Assembly: GCA_002633005.1 (NCBI GenBank)
Contig: NMRA01000202.1
Coordinates: forward strand, 1-64,000
Length of the DNA: 64,000 bases
Reading direction: 5' to 3'
Source of the DNA: Phoronis australis
Taxonomy: Eukaryota; Animalia; Phoronida
The number at the start of each line of letters is the position of its first letter. Position 1 is the stretch's first letter. The position numbers were made by a program, and so were the translations under genes. The notes under the pieces are model-generated. The model had not been told where the DNA came from, made no database searches, and worked only from the letters and a program-made list of their open reading frames with translations. Shown piece by piece: positions 27,370 to 40,775 of this stretch.

Positions 27370-28975
27370 TTGATCACTGTGGTGTGTACTGTGCCATCTG
27401 CGAGTCAACTGTGCATGTACCAGCGAATGTCCATACATCGAAGATTGCTGTCTAATTTCTGAGCATCGACTGTTCGTGCGTTGATGCCTCGGGTCGACTG
27501 TTCACATATCAACCATCCACTTCCCGAGGAATGTCCCTACGTTGAAGATCACTATCTACTGTCTGCATTTCGAACATTCACGTATCAAAGGAGCATCCAG
27601 ATGTGGAGGATTGGCATCGTCTGCCCACAAACTGATTGTTTACGCATCAATGTCTGTCATCGACCGTTCACATATTGGTCGTCCACTCATTGAGTTGCAT
27701 TCTCACATCAAGGATTGCCATCTACTGTTTGCGTGTCAACTATCCACCCATAGAGGAACGTTCACATATCCAGGATTGCCATCGACTGTTTACGTACCGA
27801 CTACCCACACATTGTGGAACTTCCATACATTCGAGGATTGCCCTCTACTGTTTTTATGTCGACCATCCACATATCGAGAAATGTCCATGTATCGAGGATC
27901 GTCTTCTTCTGTACACATGTCAACCGTCAACACATCGAGAAATGTCCACTCGTCAAGGATGACCATTTGCTGTCCACAAACCACCTGTTCACGCAACCAT
28001 GCCTGCCATCACCCGTTTGCATTTCGATCTTCTTCACATCAAGGAATGTCTACACATCTAGGATCTTCATCTCCCATCCTCCCACTGATCATGTTTCCGT
28101 TGATGCTTGCCCTTGATTGTATGCATATTGACTGTCCTCCCACCGGGACAGTCAATATGCATATGGTCAATGGACTGTATGTATAGTGACTGTCCTCCCA
28201 ATGGGAGGACAGTCAATATACGTACAGTGGATGGCAGGCATCAGTGGACACATGATCGGTTGGTGAATGGTAGTTGATGGTTCTACCTGTGTAAATGTTC
28301 CATGATGTAAGGAAGATTGGTATGCGGATGGCTGATGGTAGATGTTGTTGTGGGAACAGTTGGTTTGTAGCCAGTAGATGGTGAACCTTGAAGAGTGGAT
28401 GTTAATCGGTGTGAGGGCAGTTGACGTGTGTGTGGAAGATGGTGATCCTTTATGCATGGACATTTTTTGGTATGGGGAAGGTCGACATACGGATAGTAGA
28501 TGCCAATCCTTGAATGAATGGACGTTCCGCGATATGTGGGCTGTCGATATGCGAACAGTTGATGGTAATCGTGGATATGGGGATGATCCACTATGTGTGG
28601 GTGGTTGGCATACATACAGCAGATGACCATCTTTGATGTTAGGATGCTTCTGGTGTTTGGAAGATCAATATGCGAACAGTTGATGGCAGCCATTGATGTG
28701 CAAACAGTCGGTTTATGGACAGAAGATGATGACCCTCGATGTTTGGATGCAGGCCTTGATATGTGAATGATCGGTATGCGGGTGTTAGATGGTGAACTTT
28801 GATGTATGGATGGTCCTCGATGTGTGAATGGTTGACATGCGAACAGTTGATATCAGGTGTCGATGTACGAACAGTCTTTATTTGGAGATTAGATGGAAGG
28901 CTTTGAAGTATGGATATTCTTTGGTGCCTGCACAGTTGATACAGGGATTGCATAATACATAGCAAAGGGATCAGA
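27370..28975. repeat. Fold-back array of degenerate ~61-bp tandem repeats with twin hairpins at the centre
   Basis: Units like atcgaggattgccatctactgt...atcgagaaatgtccac start at about 27707, 27768, 27829, 27891 and 27952; the same units are inverted after 28230. Mirror copy at about 61797-63605. Confidence 0.85.
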
Positions 28976-29819
28976 TGAATTGATCGAGAATTCTCCAATA
29001 AGATGGCCGAATTAGCTCTAAGTGATCAGGACTTCCTGCTGATTCAGTCTCAGTACTTCTGCTGTGTACGTCCTAAATTTTAACATGTTTAATATCCACG
29101 TATTCAGAAAGATCCACACTATTGTTTGTGCATTGATGGTCGTGCACTAAGGTTGTGTGAAAAATTATGTCTCTGGCGCAAGCAAATTGACATTTCGGGT
29201 AAACATCCATCCCCTATTCTCTCAAAAATTCTGTTTCGGCGTCCATGCACGGCTCAACTTGCACGTCACCCTGATAGCTATTGTAACTCTGGTCTTGTAG
29301 TTTATTGGTGATCATTACTGAATGATGTTCCTTTCAGCATGATGCCCTGTGGTAGTGTCGTCTGCCAACTATCCATGGTAACCTGGATCGCCATCTGAAC
29401 TGTGTCATGACATGTCCTTGTTGTATGAAACGAAATCAAGGTGTTCAGGAATACCAATACCTAGTTTCAGTCATTCACTCTACCAAAGACAGGGTTGGTA
29501 TTGAAGATGGCTATATCTACCATCAGCAACCAGTGGCTTCCAGCACCAGCGCCTATGATTCACAGCTATCGATGGGCAAGGTAATACGAGTGTGTGTGTG
29601 CGGGCTTAGGATGAGTGTGACAATGAGACATGAATGTTATGATGACGACAGCGTATGTGAGTGTGTGCGTTATGTGTTTTTTTCCGTGAGGCTGGGGGAA
29701 ATGGGGATGTTGAGCAGTTGAGAGTGCACTATGAGGAGGTTGTCAATAGAGCGTCCCTGGTTTTTAGCAAAAACCAGGGAAATGAGGAGTATTGGGACTT
29801 GTTAACCTGATAAAGCGCT

Positions 29820-32800
29820 CCCTGTGAAAAGGGTAAAACTTTCCTGTCGAGATTTTCACGACTGGATGTCAATCACGTTAAATGGGTAAAGTCTTTCTCG
29901 TGAAAAGGGTAAAACTTTTCTATCAATTTTTTATGACTGAATGTCAATCAAGTGAAATGAGTAAAGTGGTCCTCGATGAAAGGGTAAACTTTTGTGTTCA
30001 GTGTTTCTCGACAGAGGATATCATTTGAGTGGATATTACCATCGTTGCTACTGAATTGAAGAATTAGCGAGACATTAAATTCAAACTTGGTAACTGAGTA
30101 AAGTCTTGCCTGGTGAGTGGTTAATGAATTAGTAATGTGACAAATTAATGATGAAATTGTATGAAAGTGACGAATCCGAATCCTTAAAATGCTGTGAGTA
30201 TTTGAAATCGATGAGTGTGACGAAGATAAATGCGAAAAATAAACGAACTCAAAGAAATGTGAAAATTGATGAGTCATTAAAGTACGATTCAGTGACAAAA
30301 CCTGTAAAACAGACCAGTATAATCAAATGAGACTATGAAGTATGAAAAAGTTAATGGACTAATGGAATGGGAGATTTTAATGAATGTGTGAATGAAATGT
30401 GAGTCAGTTAAACGCGACACAAATACACCTGCAGTGGTCTAAATTTAACGCGATGGATGAATCTGAAAAATGCTTTGAGTATAATAAGCCGTGAAAAATA
30501 AATGAACTGAAGAAATACCATGGCATATTCAGACTTGCTAAATGGGTAAAATCTGGCCTGTTGCAACGCTAAAAGTAAGTTCTGTGCTATGAATATGGAG
30601 ATTTTTTTCTGTCAAAATCCAGTATCAAGGAGATGTAAGTAAAGAAGGTGAGCTGATGTAAATTCTCTGAATGAAAGTGGTTAATGCATTGATCAGTAAC
30701 AAGTGACAAATAAAATGTTACAACTTATTGAAAATGATGAGTGTTATCAAGCTAAATGTGAAAAACAAATGATCCCAAAAATGTGAAAATTAATGAACCA
30801 ATCAAATGCAAATTAATGACAAAAACCTGTGAAACAGTAAAATTCAAACGAAACTATAAAATGTGAAAAATGCTACAAACCCTATAGGGTGTGACGAAGC
30901 AGAACGAACCTGTAAAATTTGAGGGTCACTCATTAAGACACCTGTATGCAGGCAAAAATAATTGAAAAAAGCATGAACTTACACCTAAACAAACTGGTTG
31001 AGTTTGACAAATAAAATCCGAGAAATTATTCAATTCTGACCACAATGTGTGAAAATTTATGAAGGAATAAAATATGCATCGGTCAAATGTGACTCAAAGA
31101 AACCTGTGGTGATCCAAATTAAACATAAATGATGAATTCATAAAATAACATAATCAAGTCAAGAGGTTGAGAGTGATAGAAAGAATGTGAAAAATAAATG
31201 AACTAGGGAAGTTCTAGAACGCTGAATGGTAAGTCTGGGCTTTTGCGAGATTAAAATTTATTTGTGCCACCAATATGGCAAATTTTTCTGTCATAATTCC
31301 CTTTCGAGGAGATGAAATCAAATAAAATGGGTTGATGGCAATTCTCTAAGTGCGACTGGTTAATGAATTGTCGAATTAATGGATGCGTAAAGTGATAAAC
31401 TAATAAAATGTTAATAAGCACTGAAGACTTTGCAAAAGGTGCCAGCGAAAAATGAGCAGAAAGAGACAACGAAAGTACAAAGAGCGAGTGAGTCCATTAA
31501 CTGCTAAACAATCATGAAACAGGGGAAGTGTGATGAATCAAGAATTCTGTAAAATGTAATCAGTTTATGAATTATCATGGGACAAATTAATAAATTCACA
31601 TAATAACTAATAAAATGGCAAAATGTGATAGACATAATAAAGCCACGAAAAAATAAAAGAGATGAAATAATGATAAACCAGAAAAGCGAGAGAATGAAGG
31701 TGTAAAATGTAATGATTAAATGAGATCTTTTAATTGCTGCAAAAAACTGACACCAAGAACAGGTAAATAAATGGAGCCTTGACTTGAAAAAATGGTGAAA
31801 TTGGGCAAAACAAACGAATCCTTAACATGCTAATGACAATGTGAAGTCAATGTCAGTGAGACGAGGCTTAACGCAAAAAAATGTGAAAGTTAGTAAACTA
31901 ATCAAGACAAGTTAACAGCAAAATCTTTTAAAATAGTATAAATCAAACGTAACCATGAAATGTGAAAAATTAATTGTGATAAAATGGGAGACTTTAATAA
32001 TGGGTAAAATCCAACAAACAAACAACAAAAGCCCTATGAGCTGTGAGAAAACAAAATGTGTGGGGAAATAAAATTAACTTATAAAATGCAATAAACGAAG
32101 CATAAATGTACACATATGCAAGGGAAGTGTCACTTAACCTGTAAAATATGCCAAACTAATGAACCTGCCAAAAGCATCGAGTCACTGTTTGCTAGCCCCT
32201 TAACTCATTTAAGAAGCTGTTAAAAAATGAAAAAGTTATGTAGTTACAGGCAACAATTAAATATACCAGTGAAATGGGCTGAATTAATGAATGCTACACC
32301 AAGTGTAACAGTTAAAAATAACATGAATTAGTCCTGTAAAATGCTACATCTAAACAAACTGGTTGAGTGTGACAAATTAATTATGGACTAATGTAAAAAT
32401 TGGATGTACTAATAAAATGATAAAATTTACAAAATCAATGAAATGGGTCGAATCAATGAATGCTACATCAATTCTAAGAGTTGAAAAAACATGAACTAGT
32501 CCTGTAAAATGCCTCATCTAAACAAACTGGTTGAGTGTGACGGATCAAGTGAGAGAAATAATTGAGCCCCACGTATTGGGAAACTTTATGAATGAATAAA
32601 ATACGAATAACTACTAAAAAGTAAAATGCAACATAAAGAAACCTGTAGTACGTGTTCCAACCGATGAATTCGAAAAATGGTATGACTAGTAAGTGAAGCC
32701 GTTAAGTGAGACGAATCAAAATATGAACAGAGGAAATACCAGGGCATATTCATAATCACTCCCTGGGTTAAAGTCTTGCCTGTTTCAAGGTTGAAGAGAA

Positions 32801-33330
32801 ATTCTTTGCCACAAGGGAATTCGAGGAGATGAAACGAAACAAAGTTGGCTGATGACAGTTCTCTAAAAGCATCTGGTTTATGAATATGTAATACATAACG
32901 TAAAGTGCAGGAACGAGATGAACCAATGAAATGAGAAAAATAAAACCATATGGTCACTGAAGAATTTGCAAAGTGTGTGTAAAATAATGACTGGCAAAAA
33001 GTAAAGAAGAATGGATAAGTGAATTGAGTAACTGCTAAAACAGCCATGTAACGGTGAAGATGGGTGTAATGAATTAGAAATTCTGTAAAAAGTTATCAAT
33101 TATTGAAATACTAGTGTATGACTAGTCAATGAACCTGCCAAAGTAAAACGGCAAAATGTTATGTAATAAACACTACAATAGTGTGACAGATAAAATTGAA
33201 GTTTCAAAATGTGGTAAGCGAAGCATAAAGATACCTGTATGTTGGTAAAAACCAACTAACATCAGAAAAATGTGCCAAACTAATGACACGTCAAATGCAA
33301 GAACGAATTACTGAGTAAAACAAGTCCTGT
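29820..33330 (+). repeat. Highly degenerate, A-rich, strand-skewed satellite-like tract
   Basis: Recurrent cctgtaaaat, aaaatgtga and taatgaa motifs; local direct repeats (29825-29870 vs 29901-29948; 32270-32375 vs 32441-32541). Confidence 0.6.
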
Positions 33331-34779
33331 AGCACGACTATGATAGACAAGAAAATGTGCAGTGAGGAATTATTTAATAAAGAGCCGTCATCTAGCCAGC
33401 TATATTCTGGAGTAGAGGAAAAAAGTAACTTGATGAGAGAAAAGTTATGCGTATGGCAAATGGTACTTGATGAGATCTATTGTCGACCTGTCAAATTTAG
33501 GTAACTGGTATCGAAGGAAAGCAGGAAATACAGCGCAGGAAATCAATCAAATGAGGACTCCGTGGAAAATCTCGAATAACTCAAGAACAGAAAGTCTTAA
33601 CAAAAAGTGACTGCAGAACTGCAGATAGCAGTTGATGTGATCCAGCCACACCTCAAATTTCAAAAAATGCCTATGGTTCCGCAAAGCAGCAAACTGAGAA
33701 ATGGATGCACTGGTGCCATCATGCGACACTAAAACAATACCACAGAAACCTTGAGTGTGAAGTTTATTATGATCTTGGTGAAAAATGTGATCTGCAGCAT
33801 GAGTACCGTATCATACCAATATTGCTGCAGAACGGAACTCTGCAAAGTGACATCGAAAAATGGCCATCACAGGCCTTCTCGCATCCAGTGCCAACCGAAA
33901 ACAATTTAGCTAGAGCTATTAACAAGTTGCATGTCAACTGTATAAAAATGGGACCTGTAGCACCTAAGGATAACAGCAAATTTAACTGAGCAACGGAATA
34001 CGCAGTGTTTGACAAAATTAATATCATATTATTTTCTGAAAGATCCGTTGAGGGGCGCTGAGATACAGCACTCCATATATTAAACAGCTGTCTCAAAAAT
34101 CTTGGGTAACATGAGTTCAGTCAGTTGTTACAAAAATTGGATGACATATATGTATGATAATCAGCTCTTGAAACATCGAGTATCCACAAACCAAGTCTCA
34201 GAAATCCCCCCATTGACTGTCAGTGGAGCTGTGCCTCCACAAATCAAACTTGAAATGTCGATGATAAAATTGCGTTTAATTAAATGTTGAGTGGATATGC
34301 AAACACAGATAAAAAGGACGAGTCCATATGCTGATCATATCATTTGCACAACCATTTTCAGCAGTTCAGAAGCAGAAAAAATGAAACTTACTGAAACTGA
34401 GTAATCTACTGACTTAACCGGACAAAACTACGCATAAAGCATGTACTGCCGAATGTCTTCTCAAATGAGTCGCTCAATTCATGACTAGTTGCAGCGATCA
34501 GTCTCACCCTCGTATACATCGCCACATGCCCAAGAAGTGGTACCGAAAATCACTAGGCAAGAACATTGCAAAAATCAAACCATGAACTGAGGAGCAAACA
34601 CCCGTGGTATTTGAGTGCACCTAAATGCAAAAGCTGTCTGGAAACCGATTTTCTGGTGACTCAAAACTTGTGGTAATTTTGAGCTAGCAATCGACATTGT
34701 CAACACAGCACTCAATCAGCAACTGAGATTTCCACTGACTCCAGTGTATAAGTTCAGTTGGTAACAAATTATGGACTAC

Positions 34780-35460
34780 AATTATGGAGAAACTTCCATG
34801 CATCTCAGGATCTGTGTCTTGCATCCAGAATCTGCGTTTTCACTCATTGGTATTTGCCATTTACTATTTGCATACAGACCACTGGCACATCGAGGGACGT
34901 CCATGCATGCAGAATCACAGTCTACTGTCCATATAATGATGGTTCAAAGATGGGTGCATTCAAGATTCCATCAACTGTTCGCATGTTCAACTCCTTATCA
35001 TGGAAGGGCCACCTATCGAGGATTAGCATCAACTGCCTGCAGCTGTTGGATCCATGTATTGAGGAATATCGACCGTCCATGCCTTGAGGAATGCCCACGC
35101 TTTGGGATCGTCATGTGATGTTTGCAAAACTGTGTGGATATCGGTCAGTCACTCGTTTAAGAACATCCATGCATTGAGGATAGCTATGTACCGTCCACCT
35201 TCTAAACATACGTTCATTGACGCCTGCCATTGGTTGTATGCATATTGACTGTCTAGGTGGGAAGATGGTCCATATGCATCCAGCTGATATATTGTACACA
35301 TAATGACAGTCCAGGTGGGTGGATAGTTGCTATGGGTACAGTTGAGGTCAAGCGGCAATGGACGCATGTTTTGTAGGTAGAAAGTACATGGCAGTCCTCA
35401 ATATGTAGATGTTCCGAGTTTGTGAAAGATCGATATCTATGAGGTTGATCCTAAGCATCG
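34780..35460. repeat. Diverged paralogue of the fold-back core, with twin hairpins at 35238-35279 and 35293-35340
   Basis: Shares atgcatattgactgtc and the atcgagga/catcaactgttcgcat motifs with 27400-28230; further copies at about 49320-49990 and 52125-52790. Confidence 0.75.
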
Positions 35461-36900
35461 ATGCACAGTTGGTTTGCAAGAGGTTGAAGGCGATCATGTC
35501 TGCTGATCAGTACATCTCAACTGTTTGTGCATGAAGGATCGTTTGTTATCTGTTTTCCAAAAGTGGGTCCTCTGCGCAATGATGCCTGTCTTCAATTGTT
35601 TGCATATCGAACGGCCTCACATCGAAGATTATCCAGGCATTAATGATCATTCTCTGTCATCCACTTCCTAAATATTTGCTCATCAATGTTGGCCAAAGCA
35701 TTTCAACAACTGCATGCTTTGAGGATTGCTGTCTTGTCTCTGAACACTGATTGTCTGCATCTCAATGTGTTCCATTGAGTATTTGCATATCAACTGTTCA
35801 TGCCTTGAGGAATGTCACTTGAAGGATCATGCATCATCAGCATCAACCATGCACCTGATGCTGTGCACTGAAGCATCCTATCCATTGTACGTAAGTGCCC
35901 ATCTACACAGAGGTGAATACACAAACGTGGTGAATTGCCTTTTTGCATCTGAAAATGCACTATTTCCATGTTGATGCCTAACCATCGGTCAGCTGTCCAA
36001 CCATCAAGGCTCATCCAACATCTGTGGAGAATCGCAACTTTCTGCATTCTGTCCGGGGTTGCATAGATGCCTATAATCAACCATACACATAACAAATGAG
36101 ACCGGACCACATCAGAGGAGTTGATGTATGTCTAGGATGAGTGTTGAGAATAATGAGGATTATGGGTTCGTAAAATAAACAAATCCGCAAAAGCAATACA
36201 TTAAGCCATCTGTAAAGTGCACTGTCAGGAGAATCTAATGATATAACTAGAAACAGAAAATGAGCAACAAGTGAACCGAACTGAAATTTCATAAATTCAT
36301 GAATCTCTAAATTGAGTTGAAAGAACATAATTATCTATAAGCAGTAATCAATTACCATCATTGCGGTTGTCTGGTGAGCAAAGTAGAGTTTACAGTTATA
36401 ACACCCCCAAAAAATATATGAAAATTTAAAGGGTAGAAGATTGAAGAAATATGGCTTCAAATTAATGGAGTCCTGAAGTATGATAGTTTAACCCATTAAA
36501 TGCATTGAAGTATTGAATTCTGAAATTTCTGGAATGAACAAATTCATGAAAAGTGAATGAATTAATGCAGCTAGAATATTTTATAAAGAAAGTGAACCTA
36601 CAAAGAGTTAGAAAATTGAAATCGAAAATGTATCAAATAAACTAAATAAGCAGAGATGTGAGAATTTGTTTAACACGTGAAAAAGGAAGGTAGGGATGGT
36701 GAATGAGCAGGGAACAACAAATTGGATATCTGACTGACTTTAAATTCATCCCAAGGGAACATGTTGATCAAACATGGCTATCAAAACTATAGCCTTTTTC
36801 ACAACTGTATTCTTAAAGGTAACTGACGAACCCAGCTCTGGCTAAAACTTAAGTTCATTCACCATCCTGAGGCTTATGGGCAATGCAGCATTTTTTTCTT

Positions 36901-39900
36901 TTTCAATGCTCCTCATTCACTTGTAAAGTGATGGGAGAAGTGTTCTGCTAGCATTTAATTGCATTTACAGTTATTTTATGCTGCATCAAGTGGTGGTTCC
37001 TTTTTCACAAATAAAAAAATTATAGAATTCATTGTATCACTGACAATTAACAATGTGTTTCCAATTTCTGAGGAAAGCAACTTGTTTTTCTTTGTTAAAT
37101 TGCGCCAACCATCATTGTAGAACATGGTGGAACAACAAAATGGGTGACTTGATTTGTGCACACCACTATATATCAAAGTGATCTTTATACTCCCAAAGAG
37201 TATAGTGAAATTTGAATGGAGTCAGTAATGTTTGATGAATTGAAAAAAATGAGTGGAATGAATTATTGGAGTCATGTGAAATGGGACAACTGAATGACAT
37301 GATGGAACAACGAAATGGATGACTTCATTTGTGTACACCATCCCTTATCAGAGGTATTTTAAAACCCCCAAAGAATTTAATGAAAGCAGAGTTAAGTAAT
37401 GCATCATGAACTGAACAATTGAGTGCATTGAATTAATTGATAAAGTCGTGTGAAATGGGACATTTGAATGAGTCTGTATTGCGTTATTAAAGGAACCTCA
37501 AAATAAAAACCAGTAAATTACTAAAAATAAATGAACTCTCAAAAATTGACAAATTCATGATCTGTCATGGATAAAGAAAAAATGTGGTTAGTACTGCCAT
37601 GAAATGCATCGAATAAATAGTTTTGAAGTACAAGTGAATGAAACTGAAATTCAATGATTTAATGAATCTTCAAGTAAATACAGCTATCAAAAGAATCTTT
37701 TTAAAGAATGTAATTGGATGCCAAAAACATTATGTCTGGAGCCGTGAAATAGAAGATTAAAAAGGTGAACAATTTTTGCTTTTGTGAAAAGCAAATGCAT
37801 TTTAGTTTTAGATTCCTAAAAAGATTCATGCAACAGAACAAATTAATGGTACAATGTTTCATATCTGACAAATTAATAAACCCCTAAAATATATGGTGTA
37901 CCATGACAGACCCCGTAAAAATAAGTAATTCTGAAGAGTGCGAGGAAGCAAAACGCCAAAGTAAACCTATAAAATGCTTAAAACATTCCACGCATGTTCA
38001 AGAAACCTCATCAGTACAAAAGGCTGTTAGATCATGTGTAAATTGAGTTGAATGACCCCATTGAATTATTGAACGTTACAAAATGTGAACGTAGTAATTG
38101 TTACAAGGTACAAAGCGAAAACGTGGTTAAGACATGAAGATGTGGTTTGTTTAGAATGTGTGAAATGTAAGGAAGGTTTGGTGATCAAAAAGGAGGGAAG
38201 CAATTGAATATTAACATCTCAGAAACAGACTAAGTTAAAGTGCAGTTAAGGGATCATTTTGCCTGGCCAACACAAAGGGGCGACTTGATTTGTGTACACC
38301 ATTGGTTACCAAAATGGTCTTAACACCTCCAAAGAATGTACCGATATTTGAATGGCTGAATGCATCATGCATTGAAGAAAACAGTTCATCAAATTACTGG
38401 AGCCCCATGAAATGTGGCAATTGAATGAGTCCGTAGAGTGTCATGAAATGAATAAAGAAATAAAGACCTATAAAACATTAAAATTCATGAACTCTTGGAA
38501 ATTGACTAATTAATGAATCCATAATATGTTATTGGGTTTACAGTCATTTTATGCTGCATCAAGTGATAGTTCATTTTATCAGCAATTGTACCAAAATGGA
38601 ATTCATTGTTGTCACTGACAATTACGGCCGATTTCATAAAGGTGGTTTAAAGTTAAACCTGGTTTAAACTGGACTTAGACCAGGTTTTTCAATGCTCCTC
38701 ATTCACTTGTTGTAAAGTGATGAGAGAAGTGGTCTACTAGCATTTAGTTGCATTATTTTACAGTTATTTTATGCTGCATCAAGTGGTGGTTCCTTTTTCA
38801 CAAATAATAAAATTATAGAATTCACTGTATCACTGACAATTAACATTGTGTTTGTGAGGAAAGCAACTTCTTTTTCTGCGCTGAATTGTGCCAAACACCA
38901 CAATTGCATAACATGCTGGAATAACAAAATGGGTGACCACATCAAAGTGATCGTATGACTCGCTAAGAGTGTAGTGAAATTTGAATGGAGTCTGTAATGC
39001 TTGATGAATTGAAAAAAATGAGTGGAATGAATCAATGGAGTCACGTGAAATTGGACAACTGAATGACATGATTAAACAATAAAATGGGTGACTTCATTTG
39101 TGTATACCACCCCTGATCAGAGTGATTTTAATACCCCCAAATAACTTAATGAAAGTAAAGTTAAGTAATGCATCATGAATTGATCAAATGAGTGCTTTGA
39201 CTTAATTGATAGAGTCGTGTGAAATGAGACATTTGAATTTATCTGTATAGTGTCATGAAAGCAACATCAAAATAAAAACCTGTAAAATACTAGAAATAAG
39301 TGAAGTCGCGAAAATTGACAAATTCATGATGTGTCCTGGATAAAGAAAAAATGTGGTAAGTAAAGCCATGAAATGCACCAAATAAATGGAGCGTTGAGGT
39401 ACAACAAGTAAATGAAACTAAAATTCAATGAGTTAATAAATCTTCAAATGCGGTAATAAATTAATCCCTGTGTAAAATACAGCTATCAAAGGAACTCTGT
39501 TTGAAAATGTATTTGGATGCCAAAAACATTATGTCTGGAGCCGTGAAATTGATGATTTGACAAATTATTAAAAGGTGAACAATTTTTGCTTTTGTGAAAA
39601 GCAAATGCATTAAATTTTAGATTCCTCAAGATTTGTGTAACAGAACAAATTAATGGTACAATGATGTCTGACAAATTGATGAGTCCCAAAATATCAAAAT
39701 CAATAAACTGGTCTACCATACAGAATCCATAAAAAAATGATTCTGAAGAGTGCGAGGAAGCAAAAGGCTAAAGTGAACCTATAAAATGATAAAAACATTG
39801 GACGCAGGAACCCTCACAAGTACAAAAGGTTAATAGAGATCACGTGTAAATTGAGAAAATTGAATGAGCCTATTGATTTATTGAATGCTACAAAATGTGG

Positions 39901-40096
39901 TACAAGGAAATGAAGATGTGCTTGGTTTAAAATGTGTGAAATGTAAGGGGTGGTGATTGAACACCAGGGAAGCAGTTGAATAACAGGCTTAATGATATTA
40001 ACATCTCACTAATAGACTTTAAATACAGCCCAAGGGATCATGTTTCCTGGCCAACACAAAGGCGTGACTTGCCATTGGTTATCAGAATGCTCTTAA
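36901..40096 (+). repeat. Diverged ~1.8-kb tandem duplication (36901-38340 vs 38688-40096), homology resuming at about 41745-42260
   Basis: Both units begin ttcaatgctcctcattcacttgt and share ttttatgctgcatcaagtggtggttcc, ttggatgccaaaaacattatgtctggagccgtgaaat and cctggccaacacaaagg. Confidence 0.85.
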
Positions 40097-40775
40097 AGGC
40101 AAATGCCACCCGATTTAATTAGTCTTGTTTGCCGTCTTAATCTGTCTATTTCTACATCTCCTCGCATACGGTCAACCTTACCTTACCAAGAGGTGTCGCG
40201 TTAACCTGTGAGGAAAGTGCGAAATGACGCTAGCGACGTCAGTGGTTCATATGCAAGAATGAATGCCGCTATGTTGCGGTGTATCGTTCCTGCTTGTCCG
40301 AACTAAGCAGGTGCGAGGAAAGCGAGTATATCGGTTTTTTTTTACTTCCTCGAGAGTCCGAAATGCTTGGGAAGTGGCTCATGGTAGTGAAGAATGAAAT
40401 GTATGCTGTAAACAGCAAGTATGAGGCCGTGAAACATCTCCGTGTCTGTGGCCTGCAGACGACGTCGACAGTGCCCGACGAATGCCGGCTTACCCAATAC
40501 CTCCATATGTTCCGTTGTCTGAGATTGTTCACAGCGCCTCTCTAGTATTTCTTCATCACTGTATTCCTGTTCGAATTGATAGCCTGTAAAACTTAACGAT
40601 CCACCTGCGAAGTCGGGACTGATGAGCTCTAGCTCGTCCTAAGTCGGGATTGCGAGTTGCCATGTTGGCGTTTATTGCTGAGCGTTCTGTTTCAAAATGA
40701 ATTTTTCTCACCCTAACCAATACTTATATAAAACCGAAAAAAAGTCTGTCTCATTAGATGCAATTTGTAATGCCT
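40097..40775 (+). mobile_element. Decayed, internally deleted Kolobok-type DNA transposon
   Basis: Starts TTAA|AGGC. Frameshifted THAP on + (40263 to about 40455: MPLCCGV...FFLLPRESEMLGKWLMVVKN...HLRVCG). KolX-like N-terminus on - (40663 to about 40455: GYQFEQEYSDEEILERR). The right end ...TGCCT at 40775 is tentative. Confidence 0.7.

Larger units (their letters stand above)
26973..38687 (+). repeat. Left arm of a large inverted duplication (true left limit not determinable in this window)
   Basis: Colinear reverse-complement match to 46065-64000. Position 64000 corresponds to 26973 and 38687 to 46065; the ORF track is mirrored (e.g. 28639-28998 minus vs 61774-62133 plus; 36976-37176 minus vs 47592-47792 plus). 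Confidence 0.95.

Noticed and set aside
27481-28998. His/Cys-rich ORFs of 100-214 aa (and mirrors at 61774-63499) as zinc-finger genes
   Set aside because: They overlap in several frames on both strands, follow a 61-bp repeat that is not a multiple of 3, and lack C2H2 spacing.
29407-29721. 104-aa ORF (141-aa mirror at 60930-61355) as a conserved gene
   Set aside because: The conservation only reflects the duplication; start and stop differ between arms and no domain is recognisable.
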